64,000 nucleotides of DNA from Callorhinchus milii (Eukaryota). The stretch covers positions 27,220,001-27,284,000 of the forward strand of contig NW_024704742.1 in the NCBI RefSeq assembly GCF_018977255.1. Reading direction: 5' to 3'. Position 1 is the stretch's first letter, and every line of letters starts with the position of its first letter. Under the pieces are notes generated by a model that had not been told where the DNA came from, made no database searches, and saw only the letters and a program-made list of their open reading frames with translations. Below, piece after piece: positions 36,364-50,550 of the stretch. The translations under genes were made by a program, and so were the position numbers.

Positions 36364-39300
36364 TTATTATTATTATTATTGGTGCCTTCAAAATACACAG
36401 TCACTACACTTCACAGTAAATCCTGAGAGGCTTCAGAGAATTGCTGGGAAGTCAAATGCAAGGATTATTGTAATATTAGACAAAAAAAACCTACAGACTC
36501 CAAAGAAATATAAATATAACACAGCTGAAATGGCATCAGCACAGCTATCTCAGGACGATGCAGCTGAAAAGAACAATTGGTTAGCCGTGTATTTTGAGCC
36601 TTAATAGCCTCTGACACCAGCTCTGATTGTTCCTTCACATGTACTAATATCTGTCTCTTGTTGAGAATATTGTACAAATAAAAGGAAGCGTTTCGTTATA
36701 AAAGGGATAGATTTTTTTAAAGTGCACACTTATGGCTTGTTTTCGGCATGAAATAGCATCAGTGCTATTTGACTGTTGATGTGTAGTTTAAGTGTAGTTA
36801 GTGGTCGATGGTTTTGAGCCAGTGATGTTAAACTGCACGGAAATTGCATGTTTCGGAAGTGCTGGATGTTAGTTAGAAAACTGTGACAGTTAACCACAGA
36901 ATCTCCCCCATAAAATATACAGGTCAATTCACTTTACAGTACATTCTGTGAAGCGATTTGAGATGTCTCAATGACGTAATAAGGTGCTATATCAAATGTA
37001 AGGATGACTCTTAATATCAGAATTATATAAGGATGCTCAGGGCAAGTTCCTGAAGTTTATTAGCTATTAACTGGAGTGATTATCACCTGTATTGTACAGC
37101 TGTCAGGTAGATAATGAGATGTAAAATGCAACTTGTGATGTGATAATTGTTACCCATGATAATGATTGTGAGATATTTACTTTGTCGACAAATGCCAAGG
37201 ACGTCTGTGAGGTTTTAGAGGGTTCCATCTGTGCCATATAAAAGGATCGGATCTTAGTAGTTCTACATTATCTTGCATTAGGGTAGCCTCGGAATTGCAC
37301 AGGCCTTAACCTGAACAATTAATAATAACAAATAATTATTATTATAACCTGAACCTTACCCTTAACCCTATTGGAAACTCAAGACGTGTTTAATTGCCAG
37401 CTGCAATTTTAAAGCCTAACCCTAAACTTAATCTGTAGCAGCCGAGATTTTTGTATATAATAATAATCCTTCCATTTTATATAGGGATTTTCACATAGGG
37501 AGGATGTCTCAAAGTGCTTCACAGGGCGTACCAAAAGTGTAGTGATGGTAATTTCCTGGTGTCCAGACCAAAAATAAACAACACATCAAGCGCCAAATAG
37601 CACTGTTGCTTTTCAAGCTGAAAACAAGCCGTAATCGTGCACTTTACAAAATCTATCCCTTTTATTCTGAAATGCTCTGAGCAATCAGAGCAGGTGTCAC
37701 TAATAAAATTGGTCATTCATATTGTGGCTGTTTGCAGGACATTGCTATGCGCAAATTAGCTTCTGCATTTGCCTACAAATTCACAGTCACTACACTTCAC
37801 AGTAAAATCTTATGAAGTGGTTTGAGAAGTTTCGATTCTGTGATAAGACGCTATATAAAAATTCAAAGGTTATATTGTTGAGTAGTGAATCACTGCCAAA
37901 TCACGGAGTAAAGAATCACATAACAATAATATTCCTTGTCAACAACCAATGCACATCCGAGCTCTCTGTGTAATGTATTTTGTCTTTGCAATTTTAGTTT
38001 TGCCCATAAAAGATTTTCACTCTATTTTTGTTTAACATTGAGTACTGAATAATCCGAAAGACCAATTTCATTGCTCCAAAAATATTCCTTTGAGAATTTT
38101 AATGGTTCCATAACAAAATAAACAATAGATGTCATAAAGGATGAGAACATCTTGACTGTTCTGCTTTCTAAAAGGGAAATATTTTATTCCTCTATAATAA
38201 AGATAAAGCCAGCTTGTGGTTTGTTTCATTATACTAAATTGAAATGTATTGTACCGCACGGTGCAAAACACATAACACATTAAGCACCAAATTTTCTTTG
38301 TCGCTTTCAGTACCTATGAAAGCTTTCCAGACTACAGCATCTGCACACATAATTTGCTGTAAATGCATTAGACAGCATATTCCAAATTAGATTCAAAGAA
38401 TGTACAGAGCAAAAGAACATTTCCTTCCAACATGGTACTCTCTTAAAAATAACATTTATCTTTCATTTTCTTTTTTTTAATTTGATGCAGTAGCTCTACC
38501 CTCGTCTTTTAAAAGGTACAGTCGCAGGCTTTGTTTGGAATGAATGCTTCGGGAATGATCATTGCAAATGCACTTTGAAATACTCAACCATGCAATGTAT
38601 CACTTAGCGTTCACGTTTGTGGGTATAAGGAGATTATAAGAAATTGGTACTTTTAACCGCTTAAAGGATATTTGTCTTTATCTTTGCGGTCCTGGCTAAA
38701 TCTGGGGGGATTTAAAATCCTTTTTGTACATATTGTCTTTGTCAGTAGCAGCTTCTTTGAAAGAATTAACTGAACAAATTTCCAAGTCAATGATGATGGG
38801 AGAACAGAGCTGAACAGTAGTGAAATGTAAAAGCTACAGTAACCCACAAACACATTTTTCTTCATTTGTTACACTTGGGTAAATCATGGGTAAATCAGGC
38901 AATCCAACATGGGAAATCCCTTTTAAGAGATTATTTTGTACAATGTCACTTCCTCCTCTGTGATCTGTCTTCAATTTGTTTCCTTCTGTTTGGAGCGTTG
39001 TGAATGAGAGAAGGTTTCCCTCGACAGCTTTTGATTTCCCAAATTATTTTCAGTGCAGCAAATTCAAGTTAATTAAAACTTGGCGGTGATCCTTTTTTTC
39101 ACGGGAATGAAATTTCACATGAAGTTCAGGCTTTGTCAAATTAGACCCATCCGGATGCTCCAGAAAAGAGATTTCTTCATGAATTTAAATGTTTTGAAGA
39201 TTTGATCAATGGCAGAATAACAGGAGAGAGGAGGGGAGGATAGTGACATGTGAGGTGATAATTATCCCCCATGATGATTACTACATTGATTGAAAATGTA

Positions 39301-39934
39301 GCAAACAATATTTACTACTCGGTGGACACACTCCTTCTCCTCTGTCTCCTCTATCTCCATGATATTTAGGCCCGAAGTGGATTCAATATTTCTGACCACC
39401 ACCATTTTTGTAGCTCTGTGATTGTCAACATGGCTAATTCCACTCTGTGATAGTGATTTGTATTCTGTGCTCCTGCTCAGGGAATGAACTACAAGGTTAC
39501 CCCATTGTCATGCAATCTGGTTTAGTGCAGATCTGCATATGGTATGTGTGTACCGTGTACTGTATGCCAGAAGCACGGAACATACCTGCCAGCTTGTTGT
39601 GCATGTACACAATGTGCAGAAAACACCACTATCATTACATTTTGTGTAGTGCACAGGAAAAAAAAGCTATCAATTTATGCAAAAACTTAAAAATGTTTCA
39701 AATTAATGTTGATAGAATAGATTAACAGTACTGGATGTTTTACCTGCACCTTCACCTTCATCATGAATGACATTTTCTGTGTGCAAATTGGTGCTGTGTT
39801 TGTCTACAACTACAGTCACTACAATTCACAGTAAAATCCTGAAAAGGCGTTTTGAGATGATTTGATGATGTGCTTTATCAAATTCAAGGATTATTATTAT
39901 CATTTATATGGCTAATTTATATATACATATATTG

Positions 39935-40203
39935 TATTATAAGCCTTGCATTTTATATTGCACCTTATCATATCAGAAGGACGCCTTAAAGCGCTTCACA
40001 ATATTTACTCGAAAGTGGATTAGCTGTGTAATTGTAGGCAAATGCGGCAGCACAATCGCGCACAGCAATGTCCCACAAGCAGCCAAAGTGAGTGAGTGAC
40101 CATTTTGTTTTGTGTGTGGGTAATTGTTGGCCAAGACTCCCTTCTGTTTTCGAATAGTGCCATGGGAACAGGTAGACAGAACCTTGTTTTAACGTCTCAT
40201 CCA
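39935..40203 (-). mobile_element. Deu-domain SINE fragment
   Basis: ttcgaatagtgccatggg..gtttaacgtctcatcc. Confidence 0.75.
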
Positions 40204-40295
40204 AAATTATTATAATAAATGTTTCAACGAACCATAAACAGTGAGCACAGGAAAATGACAAAATGTTGTTTAGTTTCCCATTTTGCTACCTCTTT

Positions 40296-40635
40296 TGAAA
40301 GCACTGACTCATGCTGGGTACGGTCCCTACAGGCACTGGCTGCAATTCAATAAGATGTCCAAGTCACCTTTATTTATCCCTGAGCCTAGACAGTGAATGT
40401 GAACAGGCGAAAGGGATCATGCAGTGAATCAGAGCTGAGCCTGCCCCTAACCTCATCTGACAGCCCCATATACAGACTCTTCAGAGGGGGTCAGTTTATA
40501 ACAACAGGAGCAGGAACTCTTGCTAGCTTTCCCCTCTTCCTGCCATGTGGGCATTAAGGGCAATTTTAGCTTGTGCATCATTCTCCGACTGAACGCAGTA
40601 CAGTCAGGGCTTCGAGCCTGGGAATCTTCCTGGAG
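40296..40635 (-). mobile_element. Ancient SINE-like repeat, copy 2
   Basis: Matches 24811-25120; ends in a B-box-like ttcgagcctggg on the plus strand. Confidence 0.6.
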
Positions 40636-41194
40636 CAGCTTGGCACCATTTTCCAAGGACGAAAAAAAATTCTAACAAAAAAAACAAACTCTGGCAAGTT
40701 GAGTTTTAACGTGTAACAATTTTAAGTCAGGCGAATTGAGCTACAGAACAGATTTCTTTCATTGGGCACCAGCCGCACTGCCTGTATTGTATTTAATACA
40801 TCCTGCTGTGACTCTCAGTGGTAAACCAGCATTTAATAATAGTTTCCATGACTTCTGTGCACTGTAATTAAAAATTTGCATTTTATGTACAATATGTTTG
40901 CAGTTTTGATTGGTGTTGTTTCTAACGCTGCATATTAAAAACATGAAAGCGATGGGGCACTAATTGATCTTGAAAAAGTTTAGGAAGTCTCAATGAATAA
41001 AACTTCCACTTTCTAGCCTCTGAAGCAAATGTTCTGCTCGAGAAAGCAGAACATCTTACATTGACTGTACACTATTTTATCTACCACAAGAGGGCATTAC
41101 AACGCAATGTTTAATCATACAGCAGCACTGTTCTCTCTTTTTACTCAAACCTGTGTTTTTTTGCGCAAGGTAACATATCCCTAATAACTTTCTG

Positions 41195-41495
41195 AACATT
41201 AGGCTGACATTCCAATGCAGTCCCATGCTTTGGATGAGAAGCTAAACCAAGTCCTGGCTACCCTGCCCGGGTGAATGTTAAAGATCCTGCGGCACGATTT
41301 GAAAAGAGAAGGGAGCCAGGCCAATGATCCCCAGATAAAATTATTCATTCACTTCATGGCTGCTTGTGTGTTACTTTGCACAAAATTGGCTGTTGCATTT
41401 GCCTACAAAATACACAGTCGCTACACTTTACAGTGTAACCTGTGAAGTGCTTTGAGACATCTTCCCAACATGAAAGATGCTATATCAGATGTTAA
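41195..41495 (+). mobile_element. Deu-domain SINE fragment
   Basis: aggctgacattccaatgcag..ggatgagaagctaaacc..gttaaagatcctgcggcac. Confidence 0.75.
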
Positions 41496-42420
41496 CTTTT
41501 TTGGGGCTACGGGCATTGACATGGAAACAAAATGAAACTTCATATCTCTGGTTAGTCACTGTTTTCAGCTGGGATAGATGATAATAACAATAATCCTTGC
41601 AATTGATGTAAGACCTTATCGCGTTTTTGAGATGTCTCAAAGTGCTTCACATGCGTGCAGTAACTATTATGTCTCACAAATAGCTATGAAGTGAATGATT
41701 GATTTCGTCTGGTATAATACCTGTGCGTGAGCAGAGGAATTGCAAAAACAGTCGAAAATCCAGGGCAGCTAAAATCTCGTTGTTTTCAGCCTCTTCGTTT
41801 ATACGCCAGCCAGCTCGGGCCTGAAGTGCAGGCTACAAATTGAGCAGTGTTGCTAAAACGCTGAGTCTAACTGTGAGGCCGGTACCTGAGTATTCAAGTA
41901 GCCACCCCACAGCTTATGAATACATATCAGGCAGGTCCATCAATCACTGCGATGCTTCCTGATATACCCTCTAGCTATGAGTGTGAATGCACCATAGAAA
42001 GAGTGAGAGAGATGGAAAATAATGTGACTTCTTTTAACAAAAAGAAAGACAATGAAATCTACGAGAGAGTAGCCTCTTGCATGATTTTGGAACAAATCCC
42101 TCAGGATCCTAATGGCCACATGTTTAAACATGGGAGATGTCTTACAAGTCTTGATCTAACCTTGCACTAACCACTCCAGCTGAAGTAGAGGACCCCCTGT
42201 GGGTCTGCTGTGTTGCGCATCAATTCTGAGTTAGGAGTCTGCTACATAACAGTCCACAGAAAGAGGAACTGATTTTAGGTCTAAAGCAATTCAATACATT
42301 TTGTGTAGATGCTTAAATAAATACTTTGGAAGCTCCTTTAATGCATGCAGTGGGCAGGGAATCAAAATAGCCAGTGTCCAAATCAGGTGAAAGTACGCGC
42401 TGGGGGAAAGCATCAATGGC

Positions 42421-42500
42421 AATAACAACAAATTACATTTGTATAGCGCCTTTCATGTCAGGAGGACATCCCAAGGCGCTGGACAGTCAGGGATTTTGGA
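42421..42500 (-). mobile_element. L2 tail fragment
   Basis: acaacaaattacatttgtatagcgcctttcatgtcaggaggacatcccaaggcgctgg. Confidence 0.88.
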
Positions 42501-43029
42501 CCATAGAATATAGAATATTTATTGCTGGCTGTCCTTGCGACCAGCATGTTCCGTATGAATTATTCAAATCAGATCACAGACAACCTAACCAAGGCAAATG
42601 TGATAAAGTTTGGCTCGATTGTCGCGGGGAAGTCCTGTTGTGAAATTGTTGCTGCTTGTGTTCAGCAGAAGGCATTTCACTTGTGACTGGGACAAGCTAT
42701 TGGCTTCTTGTACCAAGCAGTTCTCTGAATGTCTCTGTTTTTATCGGTGACTTTTACCCCTGGTGTATTTTGTTTTGTCTGTAATTTATCTTGTACTGTG
42801 ATGTCTGTGTTACTATTATATGACTGTATGAGGTAGTACAGGGATTAAGACATCCAGGTAAATCATTTCATAGTTAAAAACAACATTTTTAACTGCATTG
42901 GTTTTTAGAATCTCCTGCACGCTTTTGAACTCAAAGCCATGGACGTGCTGCTCATAAGGAGAATGACTCCTCCTCGACCTGCTCTCCAGTCACTTGCCTC
43001 AGGAATACTTTTATAAAACCTCCCAAAAT

Positions 43030-43315
43030 AATAATAAAATAATAAGACATGGATGTGGCAATGTTGAAATGTCTCAAAGTGCTTCACAGGTGATTGTATT
43101 TTATTGGCAAACTCGGTGACCAATTTGCACGCAGCAATGTCCCACAAGCAGCTATGAAGGACTGACCAATTTTAGTGGATGATTGATGGTTGGCCAGAAC
43201 AACGGAAGAAACTGTTTTCGACTGTTTATTGCCACGGGATCTTTAGCATCAACCTTAACAGGCATACAGGACTTTGTATGCTACCTCATTTGAAGGATTG
43301 CTCCTCTGAGAATGC
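43030..43315 (-). mobile_element. Deu-domain SINE fragment
   Basis: Tail, body and gccacgggatctttagcatc core. Confidence 0.65.
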
Positions 43316-43935
43316 AGAAGCTGTTTTCGCTGAACGGGAATCCAAGGTGGTGGTACCAATAGCTTTTTAACCTGGTTTAATTCTCCTTTTATTCAGAATT
43401 GGGGAGGGAGACGTTACAAAATGCATGTTAATGCAGTTCCTTAAATAAGAACGGAATATATTTAAGGAATACTACAATTTTGACCTCATGATTTTTAAAA
43501 CAAAATTGTGTTACGATTGACTTCACAGTGGCAGCTTTGTTTCAGGTTAAAACCGGGGACATCTGAGAGAGCTTTGCAAAAAGAAAGTTAATTTCCACTC
43601 AGACCACTTCATTCCAAGTATAAATTATTTCAGTACACTGCACACTAACCTACATCACGCAAATCAAAACCCGTAGCATCTAGTTCTACAGTCATATATC
43701 ACACTCACCAAACCAATTTATTCAAACTAATCACTTCAGCAGCATGCAGGCTCATCAACTGCTTGACCTTCCTGTCCCAGGTGCTTTGATATGCAACTTT
43801 ACAGCTACTTAGACTGAAAAAGCGTTCCAGTCTGAGTTTTAAATACAGCAAATTCCAGTGAGACATGGTGATGTATGTGATGACTAGAATGCAGCCTTTT
43901 TCTGTGCACTCAGCAGAGGTATTAAACAAGCATCA

Positions 43936-44199
43936 TTATAATAATAATCCTTGCATTTGATATAGCGCTTTATCACGTCGTTGAGATGTCTCAAAAGCAC
44001 TACACGGAATATATTGTAAAGTGGATTGACTGTGTATTTTGTGGGTGAAACGTAGCAGCCAATTGCGCACAGCAGTCTCCAACAAATAGTTGCGGAGTGA
44101 GTGACGATTTCTTTTTGGAGCAATTATTACTCCTAGCAAGCAATCTGCCAATCGACTAACAACTGGATTCCTAGTTACTGCTTGGTAAACAGTGTGGAG
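43936..44199 (-). mobile_element. Long-form SINE, headless
   Basis: Tail, body and internal block recognisable. Confidence 0.85.
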
Positions 44200-44869
44200 C
44201 AAATTGTTGTCTTGGCATTCGTAAATGCTACAGTATAGATGTCGTTCCATGGTGCTGTTGCTTAAACAATGGAGTGATTGCATCTGTATTGGCAGCAGGG
44301 TTATATACTTCATGCAAACAGCTGGTATTCACACTGGTGTTTGCGAGAGTGAAGGTTGGTTGAAAAAGATTGTGCTGTTGAGTTCAAAAGGGGTTGTGCC
44401 TGTCCTAATCTTTCTCACTCACTAAAGAAATGTCCTGAGCCCTTGCCTGCTCTCTTGGCTCATGATCAAACCTGGAGCTCATTCCCACTAGATTTTAATA
44501 ATAATAATAATAATAATGACAACCCTTGCATTTGATATAGCGCCTTAACATATTGTCGAGACGTTTCAAAGTGCTTCCCAAATTATATTGTAAAGTGGAT
44601 TGACTGTATATTTTGTGGGGAAATGGGTCCAGCGAGCTGGGCAAGGGCAGGTTGTTTTTGTATGTGTTTGAAATGTTAATTCCACGAGTAATATATGTAA
44701 TAGGTCTATTTATCATGATGAAATGTATTCAAAATCAGGATTGAGTAAAGATTACAATTTATTTTACAGTCAATGGGGTCTACTAGGTGAATTGTGTCAA
44801 GCATGTGTAAATACTATGGTCTTAAATCCAGTCCCAGTGTAACCATTTCCATAAAGCACAAGTCGTGTG

Positions 44870-45607
44870 TCAGTCTGGTTCAGTTGGTAGCACCCTCGCT
44901 TCTCAGTCGGAAGGTTGTGGGCTCACATCAGGACTTGGAACCCATATAATTTAGGCTGATACTCCAATGCAGTGCTGGGGATGTGCTGCATTGCTGGAGG
45001 TGCCGTCCTTCGGATGAGACTTTAAACTGAGGTCCCTTCTGCCTTTTCGGTAGATGGTAAAGATTCCATGACACTACTTGAAAAGAGAAGGGAGTTTTTG
45101 GTCCTGGCCAACAGTCTCAAATAAAATTGGTCACTCACTTCATGTTGGGACATTGTTGTGCGCAAATTGCCAGTCAGATTTGCCCAAAATAATATTAATA
45201 ATAATCCTTGCATTTGATATAGCACTTTTCACGTCTTCTCGACGTCCCAAAGTGCTTCACAGACGAGACTGTAAAGTGAATTGACTGTATATTTGTGTGC
45301 GAAACACGACAGCCAATTGCGCACAGCAGTGTCCCACAACCAGTCGTGGATTGAAAATGACCAATTTATTATTATTTTGTTTTTTGGAGAGATTATTATT
45401 AGGTGTGTGGAGTAAGGAAACTTGCCCAAGGTTTTGTCCTGCCTGGAATTGAACCCAGGTGCCTCGCTTGCAAGGCGAGTGCTCTAACTACTGAGCCACA
45501 GGACTCCACATTCACTCCATTTCACAGTATATTTTGTGAAGTGCTTTGGGACATCTTGCCGAAGCAATAAAGTGCTATAGAAAATGCAAGGATTATTATT
45601 ATTATTA
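44870..45607 (+). mobile_element. Deu-domain SINE interrupted at 45189-45510
   Basis: Head plus ggaggtgccgtccttcggatgagactttaaactgaggtccc core; tail at 45511-45607. Confidence 0.88.
45189..45510 (-). mobile_element. Young short-form tRNA-Ala SINE nested in a Deu-type SINE
   Basis: Full length; host SINE resumes at 45511. Confidence 0.95.
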
Positions 45608-47065
45608 CCGTTAATAGGGCTTTTGCAACCCAGAATCCTTTTGTGTTAGTTAAACTTTCTTGCAGAAGAGCCAAGGAAAATGTAGAATGTTTGAAGATAA
45701 CAAATGATGCATTGAGCGGAGCCTAATGTGGTTTTACTGGAGTAGAAACACTGGTAATAAATCACCTGCCAATGCTGATAATAAAGTACTGCATCGGCCT
45801 CCACCAGCAAGAAGGGAAAGGTTAAATGTTATTTCTCATAATAACCATTTGGCCCACACAGCTGACACATTTAATACTGAATTCTATCATTATTTTCCGG
45901 ACGCTCAAGTTGAACCTGTCCATGAGTTATTCATAGAATAGAATTTGAATGTGCTCAGTTTGTTAGTCAACAAATACTGTAATTACACTTACTGAAGTCT
46001 TGTACTTATTTTATGGTAAATGACCCACGGAGGGATGTAAATATATATAATGTATGTGTGTATGCATACATAATTTTACTATACTTAATTCAAAGAGGAA
46101 AAGAATAACTGTAAATTAACTTTGAGTGAAAATGAAGCCATGGGGTGCCATGGGTTGCTTTAGTTTGTTAAATTAAGGAGTCAAATGGTCAGACCTTTTA
46201 TTGAGCTGGCACTGAGCAGAATTGTATAAGGCCCCAGTCAGTGTACTTTGATCTGGCACTAATACAAGCAGGCACTAGCTGGCGTAGTCGGACTAAACAC
46301 TGCCTCAAATTGCTATAGAAGTTGAGCTTGAAAACAGTCTGGAGATGAATGATGGTGGTAATCTCTCAGATGGTTGTCAGTAGGTCTTGATTGAGTCCCC
46401 ATTGAATATTACTCTGTGGTGTTAAATCTTACTGTTGCACCTATCAGGAATAGGGTAAGCTTATAGAGAATCAAATTGTACAGGGAGCCAGAATGCCATC
46501 TGCTTCAAAAACTTTACATCAGTCTGCGTTAATTTTAACCCCCCCACTGTTGAACAGCAGGATATTAACTGTATTGCTCATTTGGTATAGGATGGAACAA
46601 TAATACTTAAAATCACTGGCACTAAAGCTGCAAGATGAACTAGTTAAAACTCAAAAGAACCTTGGATCCCCAGACAGTGATACCAAGAAATACTGTTGGC
46701 CCAGATGATGTTATTTTAATGAATAATGCAATTCTCTGATACATGGTACACATGCAAACAAAATAAAAGGTCCAAAGCAGAAAGTGTGTCCTCTGGGAAC
46801 ATTTCAAATGACACAAATATGTGCAAAGCTACGTCAGGCTGTAACCATTGTATATTTTTCATGAAACAGACAACTGCAATGGCAAATATTCCAACAGCCA
46901 GGCCTTGTGGATGGATCAATGGGTCATCTTACCTTTTGGAAATCTAGACCAGTTTAATGGGATGAAAGTCTTCTCTTAATGGCGGCTTTTAATTATAAGC
47001 CAGAGTGTAAAACCTACCCACACCAGTTATTACCAACAAAGAAGAAATGTCACTCACTGAGGTTT

Positions 47066-47343
47066 TAATAATAATAATCATCCTTACATTTGATACGGTG
47101 CCCTATCAGGTCATTGAGACGTCTCAAAGCGCTTCACAGAATATAGCGTGTCGTGAATTGACTCTATATTTTATGAATGAAATGCGGCAGCCAGTTGTGC
47201 ACAGCAGTGTCCCACAAACAGTTGTGGATTGAGTGACCGACTAACAACCAGGTTCCTACTTACTGCTGGGTAAACAGAGGCGTGTGGAGTAAGGAAACTT
47301 GCCTGAGGTTTCACCCTGTCTGGGAATCGAACCCAGGTCCTCT
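47066..47343 (-). mobile_element. Long-form SINE with internal deletion
   Basis: Tail, body, partial block and B-box region (gggaatcgaacccagg). Confidence 0.85.
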
Positions 47344-47454
47344 GTTAAGGTATAACAGTGTGTGGAACATGCAAACTTCAGTGGGTGGCAATTTTTCTCA
47401 GGTCAGATCTCATTATATACCAACAGTGGGTATATCTTATTTGCTTACTGAAAC

Positions 47455-47760
47455 AGTCATTACTCTCTCCTCTGAGTCAGAAGTTTGTGAATTCAAGCCC
47501 CAGGCCAGGACTTTGAATTCACAATGCACCAAATAAGATTAATTATTCACTTCTTGGCTGTTTGTGGGTCATTGCTGTGCACAAATTCACTTCTGCATTA
47601 GGGTACGAATACACATTAACTACACTTCACTACACTTCACCTCTGTCCGTAGCACTGCATTGGAATGTCAGCGTAGACAATATGAAGTCCCAACATGGAG
47701 CTTGAACCCACAACCTTCTGTCTCAGAGGCAAGAGTGCATCCAACTGAGCTGTGCTGACA
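47455..47760. mobile_element. Two Deu-SINE fragments in opposite orientation
   Basis: Plus-strand head/body remnant (ctctgagtcagaag, ggctgtttgtgggtcattgctgtg) followed by a minus-strand head (cttgaacccacaaccttctgtctcagaggcaagagtgc..ccaactgagc). Confidence 0.7.
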
Positions 47761-48482
47761 TATATTGATTATATGTGGAACATGTTATAAAACCTCAGAT
47801 TTGTCCCAATCATACACCCATCAGGTGTACTATAGCTGTGTGATACTGGAATCTTTGTTGAATAAATAAGGCCAAAACTTTGAAATAACATTTATAACCA
47901 CTTCATTGGTTGGGTATATTTGCCCCCTATCCCCCTGACAAAAAATACAGATCAAACCGATGCATCTAAAATACAATAGAATAACTTAATAATAAATGGC
48001 AAAAATAAGTTAACTGAGTGCATCTTCACAGCAGCTGGAAGTTGGTTTTCTAATAAGAGGCTTTGCTGGAAATACTGAGGGCTTTTGATGTGGCTGATCG
48101 TAACAGTGCACTTAGCCACTGACTCACATTGTTCATGATGAGGCCAGATGCAAAGTGAGAAAAATTCCACAATGAAAGCTACAGTAATGTAGAAATAATT
48201 GCAGTAATTAACCTTTCTTGTCTCCTCGTTCATCCACTCTGGTCCAGATTTAGAGAAGGGATGGGAGGACATATCCAGACCGTTTGGCAGAAAGAGGAGA
48301 TCAAGAATTAGTGACTGAATTATGAAAACTGTAAAGGGGATGGCAGAGGAGGACAGAATTGATCCATTGGGAAGGAGAATAAAGAGAGTAGCTTTGTCAT
48401 TGTTCATGCTTTACATTTTTGAAAAATGTTATTTATTCAGTTTGTTAGTTGAAAAGTACTTTAAATAAACAGCTTTATTGGG

Positions 48483-48890
48483 TGTCAGCCTGGCTCAGTT
48501 TGTAGACTCTCAGCTCTCTAGATCAGAAAGTTCAGGTTTCAAGCCCCACATTGGGACTTTGAACTAATATAGCGTATTAAGCTGACATTGCAATGTAGTG
48601 CTAGGGGAACCCTGCATTGTCAAATGTGTTGTTAAGCCAAGGGCCTGTCTGCCTGTTCAAATGGAATTAAACAACTCCATGATACTATTTGAAAAGAGAA
48701 TAGAGTTTCTCTTGGTGTCCTGGTCAATCATTCTCCAAATAAAAATTGGTCACTCACTCCATGGATTTTTTGTGGGACATTGCAGGGCCCAAATAGACTG
48801 TTGTGTTTGCCTTCAAGTAAACGGTCACCAAACTTTAGCCTATATCCTCTGTGGTGCTTTGAGTCATGCTCCTCAAATGTAAGGATTAAT
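48483..48890 (+). mobile_element. Deu-domain SINE
   Basis: gtcagcctggctcagtttgtag head and diverged Deu core. Confidence 0.8.
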
Positions 48891-49419
48891 TTATTAAGAC
48901 GCTACCCCGCGTGAAGGGCCCTATATAAATGCAAGGTTTTGTTGATATTGTATTATTGCGGAAGAAAATGTAGCCACTTGTGAGTAGAAGGGAATCAGTA
49001 CACATAGATAAGCATTTCAGCAAGAAAGTGATGTTATCGGTTTCGGAGTAAAGGAAGCCTTTAATGAAGTTTATTATAGATCGTGTGTGATTTGTGTGAT
49101 TTTTAAAAAAACAGAAGATACTGGTAAGTGTAACTAATAACTAGTTGAGTCTTTCATTCCCCCTCCCCCTCCTCCCCCCCCAAAAAAAGGGAAAGAAAAT
49201 GATCACAGCAAAAGGCATCACCTCATGTGTGACATATTGCATGAAAGAGCTGATATAGATCCTTTGATGTTGAAAGAGCTGCGTGTGTTGTCAGCATGTT
49301 TTCAAAGTGATCCCTAACCTTTTTTTAATATTCTTCTTTTCTTCTTGGATTTTTGGAGCCATCGAACTGAAGGAATTCAGAACTGGGAAATAGAATATTT
49401 TTCCACTTCGAGTGCAGAA

Positions 49420-49647
49420 GCCCAAAATTTCTCATAGTCTCAGCCTCAAGACTGACGCATTAACATTTAAGATTGTGCAGAGTTTTGGAAAGGTCCTCAA
49501 TTGACTCTTAAATTGTTCTGCAGTTAAAACAAATTGTGGAAAACAGGCTGTCACATTAAGACTGAATTCAAACATTTTCTAGAATTCTGCACGATTTAAA
49601 ATTTCAGAATAATGGTTAGAGGCCAAAAGCCTTGGAGAATTTCAAAC
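49420..49647. mobile_element. Fold-back MITE, diverged copy
   Basis: taagattgtgcagag..attaagactgaattc..aattctgcacgattta. Confidence 0.65.
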
Positions 49648-49712
49648 CACTGACTCTCTTACCCGAGTCAAGTATTAGCAGCATTAGATTTAAAGCAAAG
49701 ATCTCTCTTGTT

Positions 49713-50140
49713 TGTCAGCCTGGCTCAGTTGGTAGCACTCTTGCCTCTGAGTCAAAAGATTGTGGCTTCGAGTCCCACGTCGGGTTTTCAGCTCATAGTC
49801 TAACCTGACACTCGGTGCTTGGGATGCACTGCAATGTCAGAGGTGCAGTTCTTCGAATAAGATATGAAACCGAGGTCTGCCCGTTTCAGGTGTATGTTAA
49901 ATATCCCATGGCATTATTTGAAAAGAGAAGGGAGTTTACCCCACTGTCCTGACCAATATTCTCCCAGATACAAAATGGCCAATCATTCAGGGCTGTTTGT
50001 GGGACATTGCTGTGTGCAAATTAGCTGCCCCATTTGCTTAGAAAATAGTCACTACACTTTGTAGTAGATCCTGTGCAGTGCTTTGAGACATCCATCTGAT
50101 ATGAAAGGTGCTATATCATTGTAAGAAATTATTATTATAA
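49713..50140 (+). mobile_element. Deu-domain SINE, near full length
   Basis: gtcagcctggctcagttggtagcactcttgcctctgagtc head, Deu core and tail. Confidence 0.88.
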
Positions 50141-50550
50141 GATAGCCAGGGTTGAATAGTGGGGAAAGATGATTTCTTCATGGAAGTTATATTGCATTTA
50201 CTTTATATTTGTCTTCTATGTTGCAGTATCTCATCCTAGAAATAGAGGAATGAAGTGAAGTTCAATGGTAGAATAGGTTTTCTATGATGTGCAAGAGTCA
50301 AAGAAGCAATGATGGGTCAAATAGCATTTCTTGGTTACTTGTGTATATTCTTATGTACTTTGATTACAAAATCACAAAATTCGTCTGGATGAAGAAGGCC
50401 CTTCAGCCCATCTGATCTAATCCCACAAAATACACAGTGAATTCACTTTACAGTATATTCTATGAAGAGCTTTGAGACATCTCGATGATGTGATAAGGCG
50501 CAATATCAAATGCAAGGATTATTATTATTATCCCTCTGGAGGTCCTCACA

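Noticed and set aside
47952..48407. 151-aa hydrophobic ORF
   Set aside because: No recognisable family or exon signals; the plus strand at about 48240-48365 looks like decayed CR1.
49312..49400. Branch point (ccctaac) plus pyrimidine tract as the acceptor of a missing exon; similar case at 50200-50255
   Set aside because: Phase-0 frames hit stops at once and no good donor follows.
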